Of a DNA stretch of 64,000 nucleotides, positions 36,728 to 50,086 are shown piece by piece. The stretch comes from Podarcis tiliguerta. Lineage: Eukaryota. Numbering within the stretch: position 1 is the first letter of the stretch; the number at the start of each line of letters is the position of its first letter. Under the pieces are notes generated by a model. It saw only the letters and a program-made list of their open reading frames with translations. It did not search any database and had not been told where the DNA came from. The stretch lies in NCBI GenBank assembly GCA_965153285.1, contig OZ229113.1; one strand, written 5' to 3'. Made by a program: the position numbers and the translations under genes.

Positions 36728-39700
36728 CACTAGCCCCATCCAAGCATTACCATTAGGCATTCAGAAAACATGTGAGGGGACAGCAGGCATAACCACACTA
36801 GCTCAACTCCCTCTTCATGCTCCCTGTCGCCCTACTGAAGGTGTCAGTCTTAAGCAGGCAGCCTCATGTACTCAGAGAAGTTCCCCATGTCTTTTATTGT
36901 GAAATGTGCAGGGAGCACCTCATGACTACAAGAAGGTCCATATTTCTGACTGTTATATACCACGTTGGAGAATGATATAAACCATGATGTGGGGAGGCAG
37001 CAAGTGTGATCATCCCCACCCATTTCTCACATTTTCTAGATGTTTAATGGTAACATTTAAAAAGAACTACTAATAACAACATGGAGTTTGGGGGGAGGGA
37101 GGTGTGTTAGATCAAAGTGCAGTGTCAAATATCTTCTAGGAAATCATAATGATTTCTGCCACGTTTACATCTTATTCTCTCTTTGTGTGAGATATTTGCT
37201 GCTGGAAACCTCATAAAATGATGGTTTCGGAGGAAACTAAAGTGGGAACAAACCAATTTTATTTGATGCATACTATCACTGAACTCAAAATGTTTGCTGT
37301 TCTAGGTTTCAAATCCCAGCCCTAACTGGAAATGTTGGGGATTGAACAGGGGGTGTTTGGCATGCAAAGTGGACTTAAAATGGCTTAACAATAATTTGAT
37401 CTTCCAAGAGAGCCTTGAGAACTGAAGTTCAGGAGGGCTTTAACAGAATTCTGAATGAACCCTTTCACTGTACTGCAATTACCAGAATTCTTTGGAGGAA
37501 GATATGGGAAGTAAACTGATACAAAGCCAATATGACTTGGCAGGGAAGAAACCCTCTTAAGTATCTGAGATCGAAACTGTTCCTCCTCCCTCTGAACTGC
37601 AAAAAAATAACGACAGAGCACTGCAAACCATGACACTGGAGGCATTACAATAGGAGAAACCCAAAGCAAGATGGTACCCTGCACTATTCAGCATCTATCT
37701 CATGATCAAACCTGCTTGGAGAAGCACAAGCAGATTGGGAGAGTTAATGCTGAGAAGTGTTTTGTTCTTAATAATTAAGATTATTATTATTATTATTTTA
37801 TTTTATTTTATTTTTTACGACTAAGGAAGGAAATCACAGACAGAAACAAAGTAGTGGAAACAGGTAAAAAGAGAGACACTTGGGAAGCAACCAAGACCAT
37901 TTTGTAGAATCTTGCTGCAAGGAACAAAAATCAAGGGAGAATGAGAATAATATTAATGGAAAAGATCACCTTAGTGCTGAACATCCATTTCTCTTTTGAA
38001 AGAAAATGCAGCTGATCAAGGCAGGAAATGTCCACAAAGTGCAATGGCGGGACAAGGGAAACATTGCCCAGGGACAATGCTACCCTTCCTTTCTTTAATG
38101 ATTTCACAAAAAGAAATAGGACGATTGTCCATCCATAATGATTTGGGTAGAGGAAACCCTTTGTTTGCCTTTCTAATAGCTTGAGAGATATTGTAGATAT
38201 CCAGCAGTTCTCACTAGTTTTGTGTGCATGGCTTCAGCTACGACTGAGCCCACATCTAAATCCAAGGCTCCAAATGGAAATGCTTTTGGTTTGCTTCCAA
38301 ACCCTGCAATGCCTTGCAAACCTCTATGCAAAACCACAGCAGAGGTGGTATCATATCACTCTCTGTTTCTGGCAGCCATCCACACCACAGAGCATCATGG
38401 CCTTCACAGCATCAGCTACATAGACTACCTGAGTAGTTCACAGTTTTCAAATGGGAGAAATGTGTCTTCTTGTCTGGCAAGTTCTTCATGAGCATGTTCA
38501 GCAACCAATATTGCAGTATCCATCAACAAGAAACTGGAAGACTAGAGAATCCATGGAGCCAAAGATTAGAGATCTAAACCAGAACACAAATCCAGATGTG
38601 CATCACACTACATTTTGGGGGGATCCAGCTGCATTAAATGAAAATCCTTACATCTTCCTTTTCATTTAATACAATAGTAAAACAACAACACTACACCTTT
38701 CTGAAATGTATGTTTCTGTTCTTTCCCATGAATGGCCTAATGGCAAATTCATTTGCTTAGAAAGGTTAAGGCAGAGCATGCTACAAAAAGCTCAAACTGA
38801 TTTTCCAAGATGGGTTTCTGGTTGAAGATAAAAATCAAACCCACTCAATATTTCACATTGCCTTCATATCTTGTGCTTTCTCTTGCCCATCTTGATATCT
38901 GCAACTATTTCTCCCCAAATTGTATCATTCAATGGTAAGATAGGCGAGTCTGCCATTTAGGTAAGGTGGGTATACCGTAGTTCTTATTTCCTGGTGATGA
39001 ATGCCTGTATTAGCTTAAAGGGAAAGTAATTTTGAATGTAAATCCTCAAAACACAGAAAGAAGCTTAAACTGGTTTTGGAAAAGAATATGTAGAACAATA
39101 GGATCATGTATTTAAACAAGCAAAAAAAAAAAAAAAGACTGTATGAGATTGGATATATTTTTTGAATTGAAAGGTAACTGGAAAGTCAGAAAATAGAAAG
39201 TCTAGAATTCCTTTCTTGCAATTTTCAGTTCTTCATTTGTTATTCCAGTAAATAGAGGACACAGATGCCATTTACAATAAGTATTCTATGTTGTCCTAAA
39301 GAGCTTTTTAAAATTAAAAATGATCAGCTAGAGGAAAAAACGAATTTGCTTATTTATTACACACATTTATTAAGTGGAATTTGTCTACCACTTAACTAAA
39401 AAAAAATGACATTTACATAAAATGTTGTCCAAGCGGATCATGCATGACTTGACCCTTGATGTTTTCACCTTAGTTCAATTTTCCATTATGAATTTCTTGT
39501 TTTTAAATAATATAACCATAGCTATGAGCTGTCCCTATGCAGACACAGCACCAATGCATGGACTCTCATAAGGCTTCACAAAGTCATTTTTTCCCTTCTC
39601 CTTTATAGGCAGTGAATCATAGTAAATCAGAGACACACATCCCATATTACCAGCCAACGCTCTCTGTCTTTCTTATATGAGCAAAGAGTAGAGAGGGAAG

Positions 39701-40829
39701 GATGGATCAGGGAGGAGCGGTGGAGGGGTGGGCTTCAATGAGCTCTCTGGGGATGGAGCACACCATAAAGGTTTTGCCCCTGTTCTTTACAGATCACTAG
39801 AAACAAGATAGCAATTATCTCCCGTGGTTCATGATCTGCCACGGTAGATCTCTGACTGGATAAAATGCAAAAATGTCTTTTTGCAGCCAGATAAAATGCT
39901 CCTGCCAAGAGATTCTTCTATTAATTCTAACAGTACATATTTAAAAGCAACAACATTTTTTTTTCTAAACACATTCACTTGGAGATGAAGCCCATTGATT
40001 TCAAAGGCAATATTTCAAGTAAGTATCCTCAAGATTACTGTTTAATGCAGACATTCTACTGGAACAACTATATAATTTACAAACACATGGGTAACTCTGT
40101 AATGTTATTTATTCCTCTACATGGCCAGTTTAAATAAATGCTTCTAACATCATCAGCGTCTCCTTAGCTCTGAAACTTTGTGATCACTGAGGACATTTGA
40201 TAAGCAAAAAGGATCTGCTTTTTTAAAAAAGAGAACCATTTAGTTGGAACTCCAAGACAAGTAGGCAAAGGGAATGTAATCTTAGAGCATCAGAGTGACA
40301 TGATTCTTCTGAAATAGATAGTTGGATGCTACCTGAGAAGTCTGTAATTATAGTCTATGGCTTCCGTAAAACCATGGTGTGTGTAACAGATCAGCAGCTA
40401 TGCCTTTCTCTAAAACACAGATCTAACCTGGATCACAGATCAATAAAGCAAGACCAATATCAATAAAGTACTGAAACACAATCTTAAAATTCTTTGTAGC
40501 TTGAGGAGCACTAAAATAGATGCCTGCAAACAGGCATCTATTGAAACAAAATCAATAGATGCGGATTGTGTGTGGATACTTGAAAACAAATAGTCCTGTT
40601 GAATTTCAGGTATAATTTATTTTTTCCTGTTGCTATTTCACCTCCAAATTCCATATTTGATCTTCAATGGGAGGGAGGAAGAAGAGTATTTCCCCTCTCC
40701 TCCTGAAACCTACACTGGAGGCATGAGCCTTTGGCATGACATTCACCTGGGATGGCTGAATAATTCTGTGGAGCCTGATGAGGGTACAACTACGCCGTGA
40801 TTGCAACCAACGGAATGGAGGGACAGGTA

Positions 40830-41830
40830 CTGGTGGGTTTTGCTCTCTCTTGGTTACTCATATTCAACAGATCACAACCTTGATCTGGTCTTCTGTGCTG
40901 TGTGGGATGGTGGTGATCTGGGTCTAGGGAAACATTATATAATTCTGTTGTCAGTGACATCTCACTTCCTGGTGGGATTTAAGCTTACTGGGACACTGAG
41001 CCTCTGTAGGGATGGTGGAACATATTAAAATATGGTTGATGGATCCAAATGGTTTCCTGACAGGCCTTGGGGATTTCCCTGTCACCTAGGCAGGTTCTTC
41101 TCTTGAAGTCCTGGTGAAGAAGTGAAATGGAAGTAGCACAGCCAATTAATAAAATAGCTCCTGAGTGCCCTCTCCCATTCAAGAGAAGGTGAGCCATTCA
41201 AGCTCACTAGGTGTTCTTGTTTGTTTGTTTTCTGGTTTGCCTGTTTTTGAGGGGGTGGGGACTGGGCATAATAATTTTTTGGGGGGAACAGCTAGAGTGG
41301 AACTGGCAGAAGACAAAGGACAAGACTACCAAACATGAGCTAGAACCCAGTATAAGGCTCACTCTTTGGCAGTGATGGGAGCAAATAAATAATTGAATCT
41401 GCACAGAGTTGTCCACCAGAGCTTTTGGAATGGTCATGGGCTGTTACATCTTGGCCTATGTGGTGATGAAGACCACTTGATAGCCCATTGCATTTATGCC
41501 AGTTTGGATTCCACAGTACGTACTGGTCCACTTGATGCACTCTTGGCTCCCGTGTCCACTTGTCATCAATTTGTACAGCTCAAAGATGTGGACATGCTCC
41601 TTGGAGAGGTGAGATCTACTACCTGTGTGCTCAACTCTTGCCCTTCCTGGTTGATATGTAGGCCAGGGCAGTGGCAAATGCTTCTTTACATGCAGGTGTA
41701 TGGTTAAAAAAATATATCTGTGGTAAGATCTGAGTTTAAAATATTGACTTCTCCATGAAACCCATTGCACTGGATAATTTATGGCCAGGCTCTAATATTC
41801 CGTTCTTGCACAAATTAGTCAAGTGTGCAG
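40830..41830 (+). mobile_element. Degenerate L2 LINE ORF2 fragment
   Basis: HNLDLVF and SHFLV (endonuclease C-terminal motifs), STTCVLNSCPSWLI (TTCxLDPxPSWL motif) and a decayed NYRPVSNIPFL-like segment near 41775-41815. Confidence 0.8.
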
Positions 41831-43970
41831 CAGTCCTGAAATGCAGGTGCTCTATGCCTGTACTACATACTCTGTCCTAAAGGCACAACCATCTTCTCCC
41901 CACTCATGTAGATGTATTAGGATATATCTACAGAGGCTCTCTTGAATCTTAAGTGAGAATCATATCCCTAAATACACCTTACATAATAGTCCAGATCAAG
42001 GCAAAGTTAGATACAGTTAAGCCCCATTGAAATAATGTGCCTGATCCCCCCCATTTGATGAGACTCAGGCATGACTTATTTTCACTGGACTGAGGCCAAA
42101 TGTGGGGCTGGCGCTTGATGTTTATTGGTATTATTAAGAAGCGGCAATTTTTATTCACCACTGTACATAAAACTGTAGCAGTTCCTTTTTTTATTCAAAT
42201 AAATTCTGGTCCAAAAATTTCCATAATCAGTAACAGAAAACCATTGAGAGGTCCAAAGGGACTCTAAATCATGTAGTAGTACATAATTAATTTTTCTTCC
42301 CCTCTTTACTCGTCATTTTCTCTCTCGCACGTACATTTTAGCTTATTAGATGTAAGCTTTCCTTCATCCCACAACTCTGTTTTATTTTTCCCTTGTTCCG
42401 CTGAAGCAGTAACATTAATAAGAATACTCTGGAATAGGATTTCTACTGAGTCAAAGCATTTTTGCAGCCTTTTTTCTCCCTTCTGCTTCCAGCAAGCACT
42501 GAAATGTGGGCCAAGTAGATGGTAGTTTGCTTTGTGGTAAAATGTTTTAAATGAGAGAAAGAGAGAGCAAAATCTTGAAGTAAAATGTTGTTTCCATTAT
42601 TTTCACTTTAATTCTCATCTGACACTGTTGAGACCTATTTCCTTCCTAAGAAACAGAATAAAGAGAAAATAAAGCTCTATTATATAAAATGCCTTTCCAA
42701 AATATTGCATTAAGCAAACCCCAGCTGACTAAAGGTGCTCTTTCAGGGAAGGAAGTGAACTGAAAATGGGGAAATAGTTGCATGAAATGATGGATTCGCT
42801 TCTTCCTTTTAATGGCGAGTTTAGGCTACTATTTGTAAACCAGCCAGACTACTTTGTTTACTAGATGTAATTCATTGTCAAGTAGTAAATCAGAATATGG
42901 ATTTAGTCTTTGAAGCAGTGAGGTAGCAAATAATACCTGATTTTTGCCAGTTTATAAAAGAAAGTGCCACATCCTTAACATACTTTTTTGATTTGTTTCC
43001 TCCAGTGAAAAAAGCACTTGGAGGATGGTGGCTCTTCGGGAAAAGTATTCATTACATATATATCGTGAATTTGGGTTCTGAAAGTCACTGGCTATGTAGG
43101 TGAAATGGGGAAACTAAGAAAAATAGGAAGGTACGAAGACTGAGCATAAGCGTTGATTGGTGCAGAAAAAGAAAGGAAAATAGGATGAGTATTCTGAAAG
43201 AAGGCATGGCTAGCTGGCTGGAAACTGGAAGAAAAACACATCATTCGAGAGGGTTAATTTTGGCGTCACACAGGGCGCCATTGAAATTTGAGATCCCAAG
43301 GACCACCACTGCTGTGCTTATAATTATAAAGGTACTAGCAGCCCTACTAAGCCCTACTAATACTGCAAATTCTTGCAGCAGACAATGCTTATGCACTGGG
43401 AAGAAGCTGTAAAAAGACACTTTTGCCTTGATTCATAAATCTTATTTGGAACCAGGCTTTCAATTACCCAAGAAATTAGAAACGTTTTCCTTGGTTCACA
43501 TATTGGGATAAGGAATGAGCTTCAGATTAACCTGTTGCTTCTGCATCAGTTTAGATATTACCATACACATTTTCATTCTGACTTGAAAGATTGAAAGCTG
43601 GCTTTGTGTTGATTATAGCTGCAAGACATTCCCTCCCCCTTCCCAATCCTACAACATAGCAAAACGTAATGATCACATAAATCACAAGATGCACATTTCC
43701 CCCCGAATGCTGTAGTACCATATTTGATGAAGGAAACAATTATATAACTCTGACTTCCCTCTCTCTCTCTCTCTGCAGAATTCCCACCATTTTCTCTCTC
43801 CAAAAAAAAGCAAAACTTTTAATGTATTAAAGACACAATATGGTACTTTTGGGGGGAGCATACCTGATTATATTGCAATGTTTGTGTCCAAGAAATGCGA
43901 CACAATGCAGGCTTTTTGTGGGGTTAGCTCTATTATCATTGGAATACCATTGAGTTTAATGGGACTAATG

Positions 43971-44221
43971 CATGGGTAGGCAAACCAAGGCCCGGGGGCC
44001 AGATCTGGCCCAATCGCCTTCTAAATCCAGCCTGCGGACGGTCTGGGAATCAGCGTGTTTTTACATGAGTAGAATGTGTCCTTTTATTTAAAATGCATCT
44101 CTAGGTTATTTGTGGGGCATAGGAATTCATTCATATATTTTTTTCAAAATGCAGTCTGGCCCTCCACAAGGTCTGAGGGACAGTGGACCGGCCCCCTGCA
44201 GAAAAAGTTTGCTGGCCCCTG
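43971..44221. mobile_element. hAT (Charlie-like) MITE
   Basis: Ends catgggtaggcaaac / gtttgctggcccctg, with flanks gactaatg / (at)gtctaatg. Confidence 0.85.
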
Positions 44222-44271
44222 ATGTCTAATGCATGTGTAGCTTATGTACAAGACTATAAGCCTTAGCAATT

Positions 44272-44690
44272 CATAGAATCATAGATTGTAGAGTTGGAAG
44301 GAACCATGGGGGCCAGCTAGTCTAACCCCCTTCGATACAGGGATCTCAACTAAAGCATCCAAAACAGTAATCCGTCTATCTTAAAAACCTCCAATGAAGG
44401 AAGAAGAATAAGAATAAGAAGAGTTTGGATTTGATATCCCGCCTTTCACTCCCCTTCAGGAGTCTCAAAGCGGCTAACATTCTCCTTTCCCTTCCTTCCC
44501 CACAACAAACACTCTGTGAGGTGAGTGGGGCTGAGAGACTTCAAAGAAGTGTGACTGGCCCAAGGTCACCCAGCAGCTGCATGTGGAGGAGCGGAGACGC
44601 GAACCCGGTTCCCCAGATTACGAGACTACCGCTCTTAACCACTACACCACACTGGCTCTCCAGGAGAGTCCACCACCTTCCGATTTGTTT
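44272..44690 (-). mobile_element. CR1 3'UTR fragment split by a SINE
   Basis: catagaatcatag tail. The CR1 motif cctccaatgaagg|..agagtccaccacc is contiguous at 61027-61050 but is split here at 44400/44661. Confidence 0.85.
44401..44660 (-). mobile_element. Squam3-like SINE, full length and young
   Basis: Complete head and (CTT/CTTATT) tail, with CpGs retained. Confidence 0.95.
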
Positions 44691-46289
44691 AGGCAATTGA
44701 TGGAATGCTATTAAAACCCATTTTCAGTATTGTATTGCATCAAGTCTTTCAAGAAAGGAATTTCATACGCAAGGATACAAGGAAATTATGCTTAATTCAA
44801 CATATTTCTTTTAACAAGGAGCAAGAAAGAAACCGTCAGTTTGTAGAATGGTTTAGTACAATGCAAGAGGCATGAGCTGCGTAGCAGCAAAAACCAAGCA
44901 TTAGAAGGTTTAGAAATGCTGCTCAGGAAAAGAAAGAGATCCTAAACCTCCAAGGCATTAATAATACAATGCACTGCTCAAGATGTTATTTTAAGATATT
45001 TTTAGAATTCCATTGATGAGCAAAATAATAAATTTACAGGGGAGCACAAGGATTCAACGCTAGAAGTTCAGCTCAGAAATCTAGGTCGTTGCATTTGATT
45101 GATTGAATCTATTTTGGCTTCCATCTTTTAGGGAAAGCCCCCCCCCCCAGGCATCTCACAACTAATACCACCTTTTAAATCAAATCAGTTTAACAAACTT
45201 TATTTTAAAAACAGGCCCACACCACATATTTAAAGAACTAGTATACCATTTTAAGAGTGGTGGCATCCTCCAGAGAATTGTGGGAATTTGCCTGCTAATG
45301 CCCCTGGCATCATCATGCTTGTTCCTACTCTGGAACCAGACCTACTAGCCTGTCTTAATCTCAGAGTGCGTCATTTGATTCTGGCCTTTGTCTGATCCTT
45401 GTCTTTATAGAACCTGGCAGCTGACCTGTCTCTGACTAGTATGCTTATCTTTGGCCCTTTGGGCCCTCAATTGCTTCTGTTTCACTTGACTGTCGCCTAC
45501 TTTGGACCATGCCATTTGATCTCTCCGTGCTGAACCCTTGCAAATCATGTGTAGGCTCACATTTCCTCTCTGCACCCTACCCATTCCTCTGCATCAAACA
45601 TTTGCACTATAATAGCAAGTTCAGAGACTGAAACTGAGAATAAGCCCATCTCCCACTTCCCAAGTCCAAAGAGCAGCTCTGTTTGAAGAAACTTTGGAAT
45701 CCTGAATGATACTGTATAGCAAAAAGCACAGCAGACAGGGACATTCTGTCATCCAGTGTGTGAATACTTTGCAAACAGAAACTGGTCGCATAAAAGTGAT
45801 TGCGGTTTTCTCACCATTATCTGAGACCCACATGTCAACTCTTGGATCTTTCAACTCAGCATTAACAGCATTCAAGGCATTTCCTGTATTAAGTAAATAT
45901 AAGTATGGTATAAAGAAGTACACTTGTATCATGTGGGCTTTGTTGAAATAAATCTATTCAGTGGAGGCAAAACTGACAAGCTGGAACAGTTCTGTAATCA
46001 AAGCAGATAAACCACCATATATTTTTTTATGGAGTTGTAACTGTGTAACTCCTTCACAACAGCTAATCCCCAGCAGATTAATGGATGTGTTCTTTGCTAG
46101 TTCACAATGTTCTGTGCCCAGCCACAAGGGTGTGATTATATTTCATAGGGTGAAATTAGACATAACCAGTCCTTTTTATTTTTAGAAAAAAAAGGTGTCG
46201 GTGCTCACTATGAAGTTGTTACAGAAAGTACCACACTTTTAACAGGACGGAAGGGGAGAGGTGATGTGTACCAAAAGAGTGTTCTTCGC

Positions 46290-46668
46290 AGGGGAAAGTG
46301 GCCACCTTCTGCACAGAAGGTCCCAGATTCAATCTGGCAATAAAGAACATCAGAGAAGTCGTTTGGATCAGGCCAATGGCCCATATAATCCAGACCCTGT
46401 TCTCACAGTGGCCAACCAGATGTCTGTAAAAAACCCAAAAGCAGGCCACAGAGACTAGAGCACTCTCCCCAGTCATGTTCCCCAGCAACTGAAATTCAGA
46501 GCATACTCTGTCTAGCAGTGGAGGCCAGTTGCAAGGATGGAAATGGTGCTCAGGTTGTAAGAATGGAGGGAAAAACCTTCTCCTCAGGCATCAAGGGGTT
46601 GCAGCCAATGAGATTAGACATTCCTGGACTAGATAAACCAGTGGTCTGACTCAGTATAAGGGCATTTC
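46290..46668 (+). mobile_element. tRNA SINE (28349 family) interrupted by a minus-strand CR1 3' fragment (46341-~46525)
   Basis: Head gcacagaaggtcccagattcaat, tail ccagtggtctgactcagtataagg, and an intervening aagaacat...ggatcaggccaatggccc...tggccaaccagatg. Confidence 0.7.
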
Positions 46669-47897
46669 ATTTGAACCCCTGGTATCACAGAGGCAGCAAA
46701 TAAGCTGAATTAATTCATCAGTTTGAAATCTCTTCAACTAACGAATTCCTCAGTTGGTTTTCTGTGATCTTTCTTTAAATTACCAAATGTGTATATGCTT
46801 GGTTATTTATTTATTTATTCATCCATATGGCATATAGAGCACATCATTCTGTGTAACTTTTTATGGATTTAAAATAAAAAAATAAAAAACAGTGGGGGCA
46901 ACAAGAGAAAAGGTCTCTCCATCATATTTTTATCATGAAAATGTGATGACATTTATCTGCAGATTAGAAAGCTCCTGGTGGCTTGGCAAAGCTTGTGATG
47001 AGCATTTTAACTTTAGATGCTTCTCTGAATCAACCTTGAACTCTGAGGTTCCCCCTGTCAGGGGGGAAAAAGTTGTTTATCCAAGACACATGATCTAAGG
47101 GCAAGGAACATGCTGTGAAATCTGAGTTCAGGGGTTGCAGGGAGCCATTTATTTCAAGGTGCATTGCTCACCATATGGCTGCTTTGTTTCCAGTGGCTAT
47201 AATGTAATTGAATCAATTGGCCTCTGATAATGTGAAGGGACCAAATGGACATACATCATTTACCGAGCACTAAGTATCTGGCTTCTGAGGCCAAGCCTTG
47301 TGTAGAGGAGGAGGAGGGGTGGCAGGCCTTATAAATCATGGTTGCCTGAATTAAAGAACAGTTTGAAGTCTGACCTGAAGTACTCAGTCAAATCAATGTA
47401 GCGGTTTTAACAAAGTCTCATGTGGGTAGTTTTAAAATGGCCCGGCCTGATGGAAGTTTGCAGAGGGGAGGTCAGGAAGAGAGTTAGGATCCTGCAAGAC
47501 TGACTTCGGTGGCGACAATGTCATAAAGGGAAACCACAGGAGCAGCTGGGGACACTCTCTACTGAGCTAGGGAGGAAGAACAAACAACTTTTCTGCTTGT
47601 GTTCTTGGAAGGAACACATAGCACACTGTATCCTGTTGGAACCATGGCTGTCTGCTGATAAGATTCATGACGCCCAAAGTATGCCTTGCCAGAAATATTC
47701 ATTTACCCAATCCTACTCAAGCATTATTTTTGCTTGAATGTAAGAAAGCAGATGAAGGCGAGTGATTTTGCCTTACCAAGCCCTCTCTTCTTCAGCATGT
47801 CAGCTTGGCCAGGTTTACAGCTGTATAGGAGTTTGAGGACAAAGGTCTGAAGAGGGGGGCCTATTCTCCTTCTTATGGCTAGCTGCTTGACTTAGAA

Positions 47898-48032
47898 CAG
47901 CTTCCTCAACCTTGGCCCTCCAGATGTTTTTGGCCTACAACTCCCATGATCCCTATCTAGCAGGACCAGTGGTCAAGGATGATGGGAATTGTAGGCTCAA
48001 AACACCTGGAGGGCCGAGGTTGAGGAAGCCTG
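47898..48032. mobile_element. hAT (Charlie/MER5-like) palindromic MITE
   Basis: Related to 36592, with a perfect 8-bp TSD acttagaa. Confidence 0.95.
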
Positions 48033-48187
48033 ACTTAGAACCCTGCGTAATCAGTTGTAGATCACATGGGGAGCATTCATATGTGGAAGCTGTCTCCCAG
48101 TTTCAGACGTTTGTCCTCAAGCTCCTGGAGATCTCTAAACTCTAAGCAAATGATGGAATGCAGAGGACAGGGCTTGGCAACATGCCC

Positions 48188-48227
<40 letters not shown>

Positions 48228-48820
48228 TTATTATTTGTACCCTGCCCACCTGGCTGGGTTTCCGCAGCCACTCTGGGTGGCTTCCAACGAAGATTAAAAA
48301 TACAAAAAAGTCACACGTTAAAAACTTCCCTGAACAGGGCTGCCTTCAGATGTCTTCTAAATGTCAGGTAGTTGTTTATCTCTTTGACATCTGGTGGGAG
48401 GGCATTCCACAGGGTGGGCGCCACTACCAAGAAGGCACTCTGCCTGGTTCCCTGTAGCTTTGCTTCTCACAGTGAGGGAATCGCCAGAAGGCCCTCGACA
48501 CTGGACCTAAGTGTCCTGGCTGAACGATGGGGGTGGAGACGCTCCTTCAGGTATACTGGACCGAGGCCGTTTAGGGCTTTAAAGGTCAGTACCAATACTT
48601 TGAACTGTGCTCGGAAATGTACTGGGAGCCAGTGTTGGTCTTTCAAGAACAGTGTTATGTGGTCTCAGTGGCCGCCCCCAGTCACCAGTCTAGCTGCCAC
48701 ATTCTGGTTTAATTGTAGTTTCCGGGTCACCTTCAAAGGTAGCCCCACGTAGAGCGCATTGCAGTAGTCCAAGCCGGAGATAACTAGAGCATGCATAACT
48801 CTGGCAAGACAGTCTGTGGG
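48188..48820 (-). mobile_element. L2 LINE 3' portion with (TTA)n tail
   Basis: Minus strand encodes an HALVISxLDYCNALYVGLPLKVTRKLQL-type ORF2 C-terminus. (TAA)n tract at 48188-48227. Confidence 0.92.
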
Positions 48821-48997
48821 CATGTTTACATATCACTGTAATTGCTGTGGAGAATCCTAGGAACTGCAGTTTGTTAAGGATGCTGGGAATTGTAGCTGTG
48901 TGATCAGCACCCCTAACAAGCTACAGGTCTCAGGATTCTTTGAGGGAAGCCAAGATTGTTGCAACAGTGCTGTAAATGTATGGAGTGAATGTGACCT
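48818..48997. mobile_element. Old MITE (Harbinger-like)
   Basis: Internal inverted blocks agaatcctaggaactgcagtttgttaagg / cctaacaagctacaggtctcaggattct. Similar sequence at 37390-37500. Confidence 0.55.
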
Positions 48998-49826
48998 TAC
49001 ATCCAAGCATCTGATCAGGACCACTAATTAGAGCAGGAGCCTGCTCTTATGAAGGGAAAGCTTTGCTTCCTGTTTTACAATTTTGTTCTAATTTACTACC
49101 CTGAAACTGTCAGTAAAACAGATTCTTTAATGTTGCTTGTTATTGAGGTAGAACGACCACAGCGCTAGAAGAATGGCATTGTTCTAAGGGTTAGATATTT
49201 GATAGAAGTGGTGCAATTTGTCCACATCAGCCAATGGTTAACTAGTGCCAGGCGTGCAGTGAGGACTTACATAGATCATTGGAAGAGATGCAACTATCAG
49301 GAAGCTTTAATTAATTTTTGATCAAAAATTTAGATGAAATGTCTAACTATCATGAATGAAACCATGTTTAAAAATAGATCCATTGTGATCAGCCATTTCA
49401 TGCCAATTTCTTAGCACTGAAACTGCCTTGGTTGTCCTCAGATACAACCAAATCAACAGAAACATGAGTTCTGTCAAAAAATGAAATAAAAACAAAACTA
49501 GAAGTGACCCTGTGTCTTAAAATTGCTACTTATTGTGGCCAGAACAACTGTATCATTTTAAAGAAGATGTTAAGTTTGACATTTTACCACCCATGGATGA
49601 TTTCCTAACACTATTCTAAGCATGTTAATGCTGAAAAAATCCTATCATGGTGACTTTTCAATATTGGTTCTAAGTTAATATTCTAGATGTTATTGCTCCA
49701 GCTAAATCTCCCACGGCCTCTTCTGAATGAATCCATTCTCTGTGTTATGTACAACTGAAATTCATAACCAGTGATCCAAGAATCTATATAATTCACAGAT
49801 TACCAGTTCCATGTTAGCAGAAGCTA

Positions 49827-50086
49827 CCGTATTTTTTGCTCTATAAGACGCACCAGACCACAAGACACACCTAGTTTTTGAAGGAGGAAAACAAGAAAAA
49901 AAAATATTCTGAATCTCAGAAGCCAGAACAGCAAGAGGGATCGGTACGCAGTGAAAGCAGCAATCCCTCTTGCTGTTCTGGCTTCTGGGATAGCTGTGCA
50001 GCCTGCATTCGCTCCATAAGACGCACACACATTTCCCCTTATTTTTTAGGAGGGAAGAAGTGAGTCTTATAGAGCAAAAAATACGG
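49827..50086. mobile_element. Tc1/mariner (pogo/Tc2-like) MITE, short form
   Basis: 23-bp TIR ccgtattttttgctctataagac, TA TSD and a central hairpin. Confidence 0.95.

Noticed and set aside
42920-42940. let-7-like seed TGAGGTAG with a small hairpin
   Set aside because: Only the seed matches; the rest of let-7 and a precursor-length stem are absent.
48180-48825. acatgccc / gggcatgt inverted 8-mer flanking the L2
   Set aside because: LINEs make direct, not inverted, TSDs. The right copy is probably the end of the adjacent MITE.
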